DNA of 64,000 bases. Origin: an uncultured Gammaproteobacteria bacterium. GTDB lineage: Bacteria; Pseudomonadota; Gammaproteobacteria; SZUA-229. Below are positions 27,600-36,886 of the stretch, in pieces; positions within the stretch are counted from its first letter, which is position 1; the number at the start of each line of letters is the position of its first letter. Made by a program: the position numbers and the translations under genes. Under the pieces are notes generated by a model. It searched no databases. It had not been told where the DNA came from and saw only the letters and a list, made by a program, of their open reading frames with translations. The stretch lies in NCBI GenBank assembly GCA_937998645.1, contig CALLCZ010000032.1:5593-69592 (forward strand). Direction: 5' to 3'.

Positions 27600-28424
27600 T
27601 TATATGTCCTTGCCCAGCTCGTCTGCCAGTTCACGCGATCGATTATAGGCTGCATTCAATGCCTTGCTAACATTATGATGAAAATCATCGTGCTCAAAGC
27701 TGGCAATAGCTGCGGCCGTGGTGCCACCTTTTGATGTCACACGTGCACGTAACTCCTGCAGGTCCAGCTCGCTCTCACTTGCCATGCGAGCTGCTCCCAG
27801 TGCTGTCTGTAGAATCAGGCTGGTAGCGGTTTCTTTATCAAGCCCCAGGTTTACTGCTGTTTTCTGCATGGCCTCCATTAACAGGAAGAAATAGGCAGGG
27901 CCGCTGCCGGATACTGCAGTTACAGCGTCCAGCAGGTCTTCATCAGCTACCCAGGCGGTAATGCCTGCCGCGCGCAGTATTTCATCAGCCAGCTGCTGTT
28001 GCGCTTCGCTAACGGTTTTGTTCGCGTACAGTGCTGTTGCGCCATACTGGATCAATGCCGGTGTGTTGGGCATGCATCTGACTACGGCCACATCACCTCC
28101 CAGCCAGCGTGCAATATCGGCGGTTCTTATGCCGGCGGCGATTGAAACGTAAAGCGGGTTTTTTACATTTGATGATTCGGACAGTTGCTTGCAGACAGTC
28201 TGCATCAGCTGTGGTTTTACTGACAGCACCACGACATCCTGTAACAGTGTTTCAGGATTAGCGTTCGTGGTTGCGACGCCATACTGCTTTGACAGCCGTT
28301 CGCGCCTGCCAGCATCGGGTTCGGCAACCATGATCGAAGCCGGCTCGGTGCCTGCAGCTATCAGCCCTCCTGCCAGGCTGGTTGCCATGTTCCCGCCGCC
28401 AATAAATGCAATGCGTGTAGTCAT
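27600..28424 (-). CDS. proC: Pyrroline-5-carboxylate reductase
   Basis: IAFIGGGNMA, VKPQ, SIAAG, RCMPNTP, AVSGSGPAY and VTSKGGTT. Confidence 0.97.
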   Translation of the reverse strand: MTTRIAFIGGGNMATSLAGGLIAAGTEPASIMVAEPDAGRRERLSKQYGVATTNANPETLLQDVVVLSVKPQLMQTVCKQLSESSNVKNPLYVSIAAGIRTADIARWLGGDVAVVRCMPNTPALIQYGATALYANKTVSEAQQQLADEILRAAGITAWVADEDLLDAVTAVSGSGPAYFFLLMEAMQKTAVNLGLDKETATSLILQTALGAARMASESELDLQELRARVTSKGGTTAAAIASFEHDDFHHNVSKALNAAYNRSRELADELGKDI

Positions 28425-28919
28425 TTTCTTATTTTACGTTGATGAATCAAATTTTTCGCAGTCTAGCATAGCTCGTGTGTACGGCTGCCTTCAGATACTG
28501 GTTTGAGTGGGTGGATATTTGCCACAGAGGGCACAGAGCACACGGAGGTTTTTATTGTTCCCAGGAGCGGAATTAAGCGCGAACAGCAGTTGAAACGTAT
28601 TTATAAGCATATTATTTCGCCTTGCTGGCGAGTTACTTTTCTGTATTCTGCACATCCCTGTGCTCCACCCTTCGGGCGCTATGCGTGCTAATTTGCTCCG
28701 GGCAAATTAGTCAACAGCGACAGAAAAGTAACCAAAAGAGCGCCGCCCCGAAACGTTTGCCCTTCGGGTTCCCTCACCATTCAACTTTGCCTACGGGCCA
28801 CCTTGACTCGCCGTCCGGGCTCGACAAGGCTAAATCGGACGTCCCTGTCCGATTTGCCCTACCAAAGTTGAATGGCTCGGCAAACTTCACGGGGAGAATG
28901 CTCCTCCGATCAGGCAACA

Positions 28920-28996
28920 CGTAGGGTGCAATAGCGAATGCGTATTGCACCATTAAACATCCGGTGGATTACGGCTAAGGCCTAATCCACCCTACG
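28920..28996. repeat. GTAG-type REP pair (REPIN-like)
   Basis: cgtagggtgcaata-gcgaatgcg-tattgcacc ... ggtggatta-cggctaaggcc-taatccaccctacg. Confidence 0.85.
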
Positions 28997-29181
28997 GGGA
29001 TACTCTTACCTCCCGTTAAGCTCGCCGAAGCCTGTCCTGAGCAAGTCGAAGGCGACAGCTTCACTGGTAGGGTCGATTGACCACGGACGTTCAATCGAGT
29101 CTTGTCGAGCAGGGATGCGAGTCAAGACGACCCGTTGGCAGGGAAGATGGCTGAGGGTATGCGATGCACGAGCGCCCGGGA

Positions 29182-29231
29182 TGTACGAGTCAAGGACATA
29201 GGTAACAAAAGAGTCCAAGGACATGGGTTAC
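29182..29231 (+). mobile_element. Probable IS481-family terminal remnant
   Basis: Begins TGT and carries two direct copies of aaggacatRggtWac, resembling IS481-type end architecture (family call from recall). Confidence 0.5.
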
Positions 29232-29528
29232 GTTTTTTGTGCGAACAAAAAAGGTAACTCGCTCCAACAGGAGCGAAACTAAAAGCTGATATACACGATT
29301 CAGCCGATGTTCGCGACTAAAGTCGCCCACACAGTTAACAACAAGCAACCTCTGTGATCTCTGTGCCTCTGTGGCAAAGTTTTTATCGTATTAGCCTGCC
29401 ATGTTTGGTGAAGACCCAAACAGTTCAAACCAGTTTTCTTGTCGCTTATGAAGTCTGCGCTGTTATGGGCTATAACATGGGCTATAACATAACAATTCAT
29501 TCAGAAACTTACATCATCAGGGGAAAAA

Positions 29529-30563
29529 ATGGATATTGCGCAGCTGCTGGCCTTTACTGTCAAGAATGGCGCATCTGACCTTCACTTGTCGGCAGGTTTG
29601 CCGCCGATGATCCGTGTTGACGGCGATGTGCGTCGAATCAATGTGGATCCGATGAATCACGAGCTTGTGCATGGCATGGTGTATGACATCATGAACGATA
29701 AACAGCGCAAAGCTTATGAAGAGTATTTTGAAACTGATTTCTCGTTCGAAATTCCCGGTCTGGCGCGTTTTCGTGTTAACGCGTTCAATCACAACAGGGG
29801 TTCCGGTGCGGTCTTTCGTACGATTCCCTCGAAGATCCTGACGCTGGAAGAACTTAAAGCGCCGAGGATATTCGAAGAAATATCCGATACGCCTCGCGGC
29901 ATCGTGCTGGTTACCGGACCAACCGGATCAGGTAAATCGACCACACTCGCGGGCATGGTCAACTATGTGAACGAAAACCACTACGGCCATATTCTGACCA
30001 TTGAGGATCCTATCGAGTTTGTCCACGAGAGCAAGAAATGCCTGATTAACCAGCGTGAGGTTCATCGTGATACCCTGGGTTTCAGTGAGGCACTTCGTTC
30101 TGCATTGCGTGAGGACCCGGATGTGATCCTGGTGGGTGAGATGCGCGACCTTGAAACCATTCGTCTGGCACTTTCGGCTGCAGAAACCGGCCACCTTGTT
30201 TTCGGTACCCTGCATACCAGTTCCGCAGCAAAAACTATCGACCGTGTTGTCGATGTGTTCCCGGCCGCAGAAAAAGAAATGGTGCGTTCAATGCTGTCAG
30301 AATCGCTGCGCGCAGTCATTTCACAAACGCTGTTGAAGAAGATCGGCGGCGGGCGTGTAGCTGCTCACGAGATCATGCTGGGTACGCCGGCGATTCGCAA
30401 CCTGATACGCGAAAACAAGATCGCACAGATGTACTCGGCTATCCAGACAGGCCAGTCTATAGGGATGCAGACACTGGACCAGAACCTGCAGGAATTGCTC
30501 AATAAGGGTCTCATCAGTAAGGATGAGGCAATTAAAAAGGCCGCCAATAAAGATGCCTTTTAG
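29529..30563 (+). CDS. pilT: Type IV pilus retraction ATPase PilT
   Basis: MDIAQLLAF, ASDLHL, GPTGSGKSTT, EDPIE, LREDPD and AIRNLIRE. Confidence 0.98.
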   Translation: MDIAQLLAFTVKNGASDLHLSAGLPPMIRVDGDVRRINVDPMNHELVHGMVYDIMNDKQRKAYEEYFETDFSFEIPGLARFRVNAFNHNRGSGAVFRTIPSKILTLEELKAPRIFEEISDTPRGIVLVTGPTGSGKSTTLAGMVNYVNENHYGHILTIEDPIEFVHESKKCLINQREVHRDTLGFSEALRSALREDPDVILVGEMRDLETIRLALSAAETGHLVFGTLHTSSAAKTIDRVVDVFPAAEKEMVRSMLSESLRAVISQTLLKKIGGGRVAAHEIMLGTPAIRNLIRENKIAQMYSAIQTGQSIGMQTLDQNLQELLNKGLISKDEAIKKAANKDAF

Positions 30564-30651
30564 AGTCCCGATCTTTGCTATAGCAGTGAAATTGCACATT
30601 AAATAGCTATACTTTCCTGAATGACGCTCGAATTTAATGAGGTGAGGCGAG

Positions 30652-31824
30652 ATGGATCGCGATAAGGCCATACGGTACATGCATGATCTTCTGCGTATGA
30701 TGGTGCAGAAGGATGGCTCTGATTTATTTATTACCGCGGGGGCAGTACCTTCGATAAAGGTTGACGGTAAAATGACACCGCTGTCGAACCAGTCGCTGAG
30801 TCCCCAACATACCCAGGTGCTGGTGCATTCAATCATGAATGACAGGCAAATGGCGGAATTTGACGCCAACCAGGAATGCAACTTCGCAATCAGTTTGCCA
30901 GGTGTATCTCGATTTCGTGTAAATGCCTTTACCCAACGTGGTTCGGCCGGCGTTGTCCTGCGTGTGATTCGCTCGGATATTCCTGAATTTGCCGACCTCG
31001 ATTTACCGCCTATTCTGAAAGATGTTGCCATGACTTCGCGTGGCCTGGTTATTTTCGTTGGTGCGACCGGTTCAGGTAAATCGACCTCGCTGGCGGCAAT
31101 GGTGGGTTACCGGAATGAGAACAGCAAGGGTCATATCATTACTATCGAGGACCCGATTGAGTTTATTCACAACCACAGAAACTGTATCGTTACCCAGCGT
31201 GAAATTGGCGTAGATACTGAATCTTATGAAATTGCCCTGAAGAATACGTTGCGCCAGGCGCCTGACGTTATATTGATTGGCGAGATTCGTGACCGTGAAA
31301 CCATGGATTATGCTATCGCGTTCGCTGAAACCGGCCACCTGTGCCTGTCAACCCTGCACGCTAACAGCACCAACCAGGCACTTGACCGTATTATCAACTT
31401 TTTCCCCGAAGAACGACGTGCACAGCTGCTGATGGATTTGTCGCTGAACCTGAAAGGCATCATTTCGCAGCGTCTGATACCCAGGAGAGACAGTGAAGGC
31501 CGTGTGCCAGCGGTGGAAGTAATGTTGAATACGCCGCTGATGTCAGACCTGATATTCAAAGGCCATGTGCATGAAATCAAGGAACTCATGGCCAAGTCGA
31601 ATGAGCTTGGCATGCACACATTTGATCAGGCCTTGTTTGACCTGTATGAATCCGGCTATATCAGCTATGAAGATGCATTACGTAATGCGGATTCTCTCAA
31701 TGACCTGCGTCTGCGTATCAAGCTCGAAAGCAAGGGCTCAAAAAAAGAAGACATCATGTCCGGGCTCGACAGTCTTTCGGTGGAAGAATCTTCAGACAGT
31801 ACCACCGCCAGTGTTTTGCGTTAG
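30652..31824 (+). CDS. pilU: Type IV pilus retraction ATPase PilU
   Basis: GSDLFIT, GATGSGKSTS, LRQAPD, NQALDRIINFFP and ADS.NDLRL.IKL. Confidence 0.95.
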   Translation: MDRDKAIRYMHDLLRMMVQKDGSDLFITAGAVPSIKVDGKMTPLSNQSLSPQHTQVLVHSIMNDRQMAEFDANQECNFAISLPGVSRFRVNAFTQRGSAGVVLRVIRSDIPEFADLDLPPILKDVAMTSRGLVIFVGATGSGKSTSLAAMVGYRNENSKGHIITIEDPIEFIHNHRNCIVTQREIGVDTESYEIALKNTLRQAPDVILIGEIRDRETMDYAIAFAETGHLCLSTLHANSTNQALDRIINFFPEERRAQLLMDLSLNLKGIISQRLIPRRDSEGRVPAVEVMLNTPLMSDLIFKGHVHEIKELMAKSNELGMHTFDQALFDLYESGYISYEDALRNADSLNDLRLRIKLESKGSKKEDIMSGLDSLSVEESSDSTTASVLR

Positions 31825-31851
31825 CCTGCATATTGCACGAAGGCACACACT

Positions 31852-32991
31852 ATGAATTTACAGCCCTACCTCAAGCTAATGTCAGAGCAACATGCTTCTG
31901 ATATGTATTTCACCACGGGTGCGCCGGTGAGCGTTCGCATTGAGGGCAAGATGCGTCCTGTTGGAAAAAGCATGCTGTCACCCGGCATGACGCGCAAGCT
32001 GGCGTATGACCTGTTGTCGCCTGCGCAGATCAAGGATTTCGAGAACAATCTCGAGTTCAACATGGGCATCTCGTACACGGATCTCGGTCGCTTCCGCATC
32101 AACATGTATATGCAGCGAGGCGAAGTTTCGATGGTTATTCGCTATATCAAGGCAGATATTCCTTCGATTGATGACCTTGGCTTACCCGCTGTTTACAAGA
32201 GCATCATGAAGAAAAAGAAGGGGCTTGTATTTATAGTGGGTGCAACCGGAACGGGTAAATCAACATCGCTTGCCTCCATGCTGGATTACCGTAATTCACT
32301 CGATACCGGCCACATTCTCACCATCGAAGATCCGATCGAGTTCATGTTTCATCACAAGAAATGCATTATCGGTCAGCGTGAAGTCGGACTGGATACGCTG
32401 TCGTTTGAAAATGCCTTGTGCGAGGCTATGCGTGAAGCACCGGATGTCATCATGATTGGTGAGGCGCGTGATCGAATGACTGTCGAATCCGCGCTGCGAT
32501 ATGCCGATACCGGGCACCTGTGTCTGACGACTTTACACGCAACAAATTCAAACCAGACACTGGACCGTATCCTCAATTTTTTCCCCAGTGATGCGCACAA
32601 CCAGATACTGATGGATCTGTCACTGAACCTGAATGCGATTCTTGCACAGCGACTTGTTTCTTCGGCTGATGGTGCTCGCGTTGTTGCTACGGAAGTACTG
32701 ATCAATACACCTTATATAAGCCAGTTGATTCGTGACGGGAATTTTCACGGTATAAAAGAGATCATGGAAAAAGGTGCTGACGTTGGCATGCAGACTTTCG
32801 ACCAGTCTCTATATAACTTGTTCAAGGATGGAAAGATCGACCTGAAAACAGCACTGGCCAATGCAGATTCCAGCAGCGACCTTGAGTGGCGTATTAACTT
32901 CGGCGGCGGGGTGAAAGATATGCAACAAAAAGATCAAAATCCGGATACGCTGCAGTTCCCGGCTACCAACGCAGACCTGAAGAAATCCTGA
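31852..32991 (+). CDS. Second PilU-like PilT/PilU family ATPase
   Basis: ASDMYF, GATGTGKSTS, EDPIE, MREAPD and NQTLDRILNFFP. Confidence 0.92.
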   Translation: MNLQPYLKLMSEQHASDMYFTTGAPVSVRIEGKMRPVGKSMLSPGMTRKLAYDLLSPAQIKDFENNLEFNMGISYTDLGRFRINMYMQRGEVSMVIRYIKADIPSIDDLGLPAVYKSIMKKKKGLVFIVGATGTGKSTSLASMLDYRNSLDTGHILTIEDPIEFMFHHKKCIIGQREVGLDTLSFENALCEAMREAPDVIMIGEARDRMTVESALRYADTGHLCLTTLHATNSNQTLDRILNFFPSDAHNQILMDLSLNLNAILAQRLVSSADGARVVATEVLINTPYISQLIRDGNFHGIKEIMEKGADVGMQTFDQSLYNLFKDGKIDLKTALANADSSSDLEWRINFGGGVKDMQQKDQNPDTLQFPATNADLKKS

Positions 32992-32993
32992 TT

Positions 32994-33031
32994 TTTTAAC
33001 GCAAAGTCGCAAAGGTGCAGAGAGCGCAAAG
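32994..33031 (+). repeat. Solo heptamer-array arm (CGCARAG x4)
   Basis: ttttaa-cgcaaag-t-cgcaaag-g-tgcagag-ag-cgcaaag, starting just after the pilU2 stop. Confidence 0.85.
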
Positions 33032-33055
33032 AATGTTTTTTGTGTATATGCAGTC

Positions 33056-33220
33056 GTAGGAGTGGACCTTCGGCTTCGCTCAGCACAGGCTTTTGCCGCT
33101 AATGATTTATCGATTGGCAGGTTTATTTTTCGCCGCAAACAGCGCCAAAAACGCGATATGTTTTAATAATAAAAATGATTTGCGCATTTGGCGTTATTCG
33201 CGGCTAAAGCCGCTTCTACG
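33056..33220. repeat. GTAG REP pair with nested insertions
   Basis: cgtaggagtg[...]gcttttgccgctaat ... attcgcggctaaagccgcttctacg. Confidence 0.7.
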
Positions 33221-33244
33221 TCCAGAACAAAATACCAAAATACA

Positions 33245-33568
33245 TTACTGCTTCTTTGCGCTCGTGATATAGACACCGTTAGCAAAATCATCAAAATACA
33301 TATCAACAGCCGGATGGTTGATGGCTTCGTTGCTATGGTCCTGTTCAAGGTGGCGTTCCGCTACATAAGTCATTTGTTCGCTGTTGTGTACCAGCACGTG
33401 GTACCAGGGTTTGTCTTTTGGCGGCCGGCTCAATGCAACCTGTTGATACCATTCTTCGGTTCCTTCAAATACCGCATCTACATCGATAATGACGCCGCGG
33501 TAATCGAATTTTTTATGGTGTACGAGCTGTCCGATGAAGAACAACGGTTTTATCGCTGCTGTGGACAT
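33245..33568 (-). CDS. hspQ: Heat shock protein HspQ (YccV-like)
   Basis: F.IGQLVHH..FDYRGVIIDVD, PWYHVLV and TYVAE..L. Confidence 0.93.
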   Translation of the reverse strand: MSTAAIKPLFFIGQLVHHKKFDYRGVIIDVDAVFEGTEEWYQQVALSRPPKDKPWYHVLVHNSEQMTYVAERHLEQDHSNEAINHPAVDMYFDDFANGVYITSAKKQ

Positions 33569-34845
33569 CAGGCAGTGTAAACCAGTCGGCCATCGATAAT
33601 GGTATGGCGAACCTTGCCCTGAAAATTCCAGCCTTCAAAAGGTGTGTTTTTGCCACGGCTGAGCATGGTGGAAGTGTCAAGTTGCCAATCCTGCTCAGGG
33701 TCATAGATACAGATGTCAGCCGGCCTGTTCGTTGCGAGCACGCCCGCGTCAATACCAAGAATAGCTGCCGGCTGCGTCGATACCAGGCTGAGTGCAGTAT
33801 AGGTGGGCACCACCTGTTCATGCACAAGCCTCAAAGTGAGAGGCAGTAAAGTTTCCAGTGATGATATGCCGGCTTGCGTGCTGGCAAACGGCGCCTGTTT
33901 TGCATCGGGCTCATGCGGCTGGTGATCGGAACATATAGCATCAATTACGCCATCCTTGAGCGCCTCGCGCAACGCTTCCATATCGCGCTGGCTGCGCAAC
34001 GGTGGCAATACATGGCACATGCTGTTGAAGCTGTTGATGTCCATTTCGCTGAGAAACAATTGATGCGCACTGACATCAGCCGTGATGGTCATACCTTGTT
34101 CTTTTGCACGACGAATTAACTCGACTCCGTGCGCAGAAGAAAGACGGCCAAAATGTGCTCTTGCTCCGGTTTCCAGTATAAGTTCAAGCGCTCTTGAAAT
34201 GGCCACGGTCTCGGCCGAGACAGGGATGCCCTGTAGTCCCAGCCGGGTAGCAACCTTACCATCATGGGCGCAGCCGCCCGTACTCAGCCAGTGCTCATCA
34301 GGTTCGATAAAGACAGTTATACCGAAGTTGGCTGCATAGGAATAAGCACGGCGCAGTATAAGTGTGTTGGCAACAGGTCTGCGACTGTTACTGACGCCAA
34401 CACATCCGGCAGCTTTCAAGGTGGCCATTTCGCTGAGCAGATTGCCTTCGAGTCCACGGGTCAGTGCGCCAAGTGTGACTACTTTTGTATGCGACGCATT
34501 GACGGCTTTGCGATGAATCAGTTCGACCACGGCTGGTTCATCGATTACAGGGTCAGTGTCCGGTGGGCAGCACAAGGTGGTAATGCCGGCACTGGCAGCG
34601 GCAGTGACCTCGGAGTGAATATCGGCTTTGAACTCGAGACCGGGCTCTCTCAGCCTTGCGCTCAAGTCAACCAGCCCGGGACTGATGATAAGACCGGTCG
34701 CATCAATGCTCAGGTCTGCTTCAAAGCCAACGGGTTCGTGGTCGATAGCAATGATATTGCCATCTGCAATATAAACATTGCTGGTCTTGACTGATTGTGT
34801 AACCGGGTCGAGTATCAGTCCGTTTGAAACCAGCAGGCGATTCAT
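33568..34845 (-). CDS. pyrC: Dihydroorotase-like protein, probably the inactive PyrC' partner of ATCase
   Basis: Amidohydrolase fold (CSDHQPH, SRGKNTPF), but the metal-binding HxH is replaced (PGLVDLSARLREPG). Confidence 0.9.
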   Translation of the reverse strand: MNRLLVSNGLILDPVTQSVKTSNVYIADGNIIAIDHEPVGFEADLSIDATGLIISPGLVDLSARLREPGLEFKADIHSEVTAAASAGITTLCCPPDTDPVIDEPAVVELIHRKAVNASHTKVVTLGALTRGLEGNLLSEMATLKAAGCVGVSNSRRPVANTLILRRAYSYAANFGITVFIEPDEHWLSTGGCAHDGKVATRLGLQGIPVSAETVAISRALELILETGARAHFGRLSSAHGVELIRRAKEQGMTITADVSAHQLFLSEMDINSFNSMCHVLPPLRSQRDMEALREALKDGVIDAICSDHQPHEPDAKQAPFASTQAGISSLETLLPLTLRLVHEQVVPTYTALSLVSTQPAAILGIDAGVLATNRPADICIYDPEQDWQLDTSTMLSRGKNTPFEGWNFQGKVRHTIIDGRLVYTA

Positions 34846-35882
34846 CAGTTCGTCTCCGTTGCATTCTGTTCAGGCTCGCGACCGAGAACCATGGACATCA
34901 CGGCCATGCGCACAGAGATGCCATAAGTCACCTGGTCGAGAATAACGGAGCGCACACCGTCAGCTACGCGTGATTCAATTTCCACTCCGCGATTGATCGG
35001 GCCCGGGTGCATGACGATGGCGTCATCCCTGGCTACGCGCAGGCGATCTTCAGTCAAACCGTACTGGCTGTAATATTCATGCTCGCTGGGCAGGAAAGCG
35101 CCCTGCATGCGTTCTTTCTGCAGCCGCAGCATGATGATTACATCGGCGTCCTTGATGCCTGCTTCGAGGTCATTGTAAATACTAACGCCCATATCCTCGA
35201 CGTCAGTCGGCAGCAGCGTCTTGGGCGCTATCACGCGCACATCACCGGTATTCAGAATATTCAATGCGTGGATTTGCGAGCGGGCAACGCGTGAGTGCAG
35301 CAGGTCACCTACGATGGCAACGCGCAAGCCACCAAAATCCCGTCCCTTGTTTCGTCGAATCGTGAACATGTCGAGCATGGCCTGTGTCGGGTGCGCGTGA
35401 CGACCGTCACCGGCGTTGATCACGCTGATATGCGGGGCTACATTGCCGGCGATAAAATGCGCGGCGCCTGAATCGCTGTGGCGCACGATAAACATGTCAC
35501 ACAGCATCGCCTGCAGGTTTTGCAAGGTATCGAGTAATGACTCGCCCTTGGTGGTTGCCGAAGTGCTGATATTGATATTGAGTATGTCGGCCGAGAGTCT
35601 TTTCGCGGCCAGTTCAAATGTTGTGCGGGTGCGTGTACTTGCTTCGAAAAACAGGTTGACTATGGTTTTGCCGCGCAATAACGGGACTTTCTTGACGCGT
35701 TGTTCATTTACGTTGGCGAAACTTTCTGCGGTGTCAAGAATGCTGGTCAGCATATCACTGCCAAGCCCTTCAATGGTAAGAAAATGTTTCAGTCTGCCGT
35801 TGCTGTCGAGCTGAATGTTCCAGCTGTCATTGCCGATCAGTGGGTCCGTTGGCCGGGTTGGTTTATTGGACATGGCGTTCAC
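34845..35882 (-). CDS. pyrB: Aspartate carbamoyltransferase catalytic subunit
   Basis: [35 protein letters not shown] and MHPGPINRG. Confidence 0.97.
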   Translation of the reverse strand: MNAMSNKPTRPTDPLIGNDSWNIQLDSNGRLKHFLTIEGLGSDMLTSILDTAESFANVNEQRVKKVPLLRGKTIVNLFFEASTRTRTTFELAAKRLSADILNINISTSATTKGESLLDTLQNLQAMLCDMFIVRHSDSGAAHFIAGNVAPHISVINAGDGRHAHPTQAMLDMFTIRRNKGRDFGGLRVAIVGDLLHSRVARSQIHALNILNTGDVRVIAPKTLLPTDVEDMGVSIYNDLEAGIKDADVIIMLRLQKERMQGAFLPSEHEYYSQYGLTEDRLRVARDDAIVMHPGPINRGVEIESRVADGVRSVILDQVTYGISVRMAVMSMVLGREPEQNATETN

Positions 35883-35936
35883 CTGTGCAGGGCAGGGTGG
35901 TCTTGTTCAGTGTGCTTTCCAGATCCACACGCATGC

Positions 35937-36434
35937 TTAATTGATAACGAATTCAAGTGGGTCGGGGCCGCCCAGTTTGATATGTTGTTGAGGGCTGATC
36001 TGCAGGTGCTGACCGATAATGTCAGCCTGTATTGGCAGTTCTCTTCCGCTGCGGTCAACAAGGCATACCAGGGTAATACTGGCCGGACGCCCATAGTCAA
36101 ATATCTCGTTCATGGCGGCGCGTATGGTACGGCCGGTCTGCAACACGTCGTCAACCAGGATAATGTGCCTGTCTTCTACCTGTGGCGGCAGGCTGGATGG
36201 TTTTACCCGGGGATTCATTCCTATACGGGAAAAATCATCGCGGTAAAAGCTGATATCGAGAGTGGCCAGCGGTCGTGAAATGCCCAGCTTTGCATGCAGC
36301 CTGTTAGCTATCCAGGCCCCACCTGTGTGGATGCCCACCATCAAAGGATCATCGATCTCGCGCTCTACGAGCAGTATTTTCAGATCGTCTGCCAGTTTCT
36401 CCAGAAGTTGATCTGGTTTGGCAATTTCATCCAT
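35937..36434 (-). CDS. pyrR: PyrR regulator / uracil phosphoribosyltransferase
   Basis: LDISFYRDD, ILVDDVL.TGRTIRAA and DRSGRELPI. Confidence 0.95.
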   Translation of the reverse strand: MDEIAKPDQLLEKLADDLKILLVEREIDDPLMVGIHTGGAWIANRLHAKLGISRPLATLDISFYRDDFSRIGMNPRVKPSSLPPQVEDRHIILVDDVLQTGRTIRAAMNEIFDYGRPASITLVCLVDRSGRELPIQADIIGQHLQISPQQHIKLGGPDPLEFVIN

Positions 36435-36451
36435 AGATGTGGAGCCTTTAA

Positions 36452-36886
36452 TTAAGGGTCATATTGCGAGTTAAGCCAGCTTTGAACAATGATGGCCGCG
36501 GCCATTTTATCAATCTCGTGCTTGTTGTGCTTGGATATTTTTATATCATGCCTGAGCTGCTCTTCAGCTTCATAAGATGAAAGGCTCTCGTCGATGGTGT
36601 AAACCGGTAAATTGAAGCGATGCTCGAGTTTTCTGCTGAAATTGCGTGCAGCACGGGTGATATCGCTTTCTCCACCATCCGTCTGGTAGGGAATGCCAAC
36701 GATAAGCGCGTCGGGCTTCCACTGCCTGATCTGTGATCCGATGCTTTCCCAGTCAGGCTGTTGATTGACGGACTGGAGGGTGATCAGTGGTGAAGCGGTA
36801 CCGGTGATGGTTTGTCCTGTGGCAAGTCCGATACGCTTGAGGCCAAAATCAAAGCCTATGACTGACCGGATTACAGGATCACTCAT
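36452..36886 (-). CDS. ruvX: YqgF/RuvX pre-16S rRNA nuclease
   Basis: GFDFG.KRIG.A.G, VGIP, IDE.LSS and D..AA.II. Confidence 0.94.
   Translation of the reverse strand: MSDPVIRSVIGFDFGLKRIGLATGQTITGTASPLITLQSVNQQPDWESIGSQIRQWKPDALIVGIPYQTDGGESDITRAARNFSRKLEHRFNLPVYTIDESLSSYEAEEQLRHDIKISKHNKHEIDKMAAAIIVQSWLNSQYDP

Larger units (their letters stand above)
28615..29277. repeat. Long degenerate foldback element (arms about 28615-28896 and 29009-29277)
   Basis: The reverse complement of ccttgactcg...gctcgacaagg...gccctacca matches tggtaggg...cttgtcgagc...cgagtcaag; both ends carry gcgagttac/gtaactcgc hairpins. Confidence 0.75.
28518..29378. mobile_element. 861-bp nested composite element bounded by inverted CACAGAG x3 arrays
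   Basis: Ends tttgc-cacagag-gg-cacagag-ca-cacggag and ctctgtg-at-ctctgtg-c-ctctgtg-gcaaa. Confidence 0.75.

Noticed and set aside
28569..28601. GIKREQQLKRI resembles the C-terminal motif of small GIY-YIG nucleases
   Set aside because: Only 11 codons with no upstream GIY/YIG motifs; could be chance.
29465..29488. 12-bp tandem duplication (atgggctataac x2) upstream of pilT
   Set aside because: Two copies only; most simply a local slippage with no evidence of function.
33568..34845. Dihydroorotase lacking its metal-binding histidines as a pseudogene or novelty
   Set aside because: It matches the known inactive PyrC' structural subunit of Pseudomonas-type ATCase.
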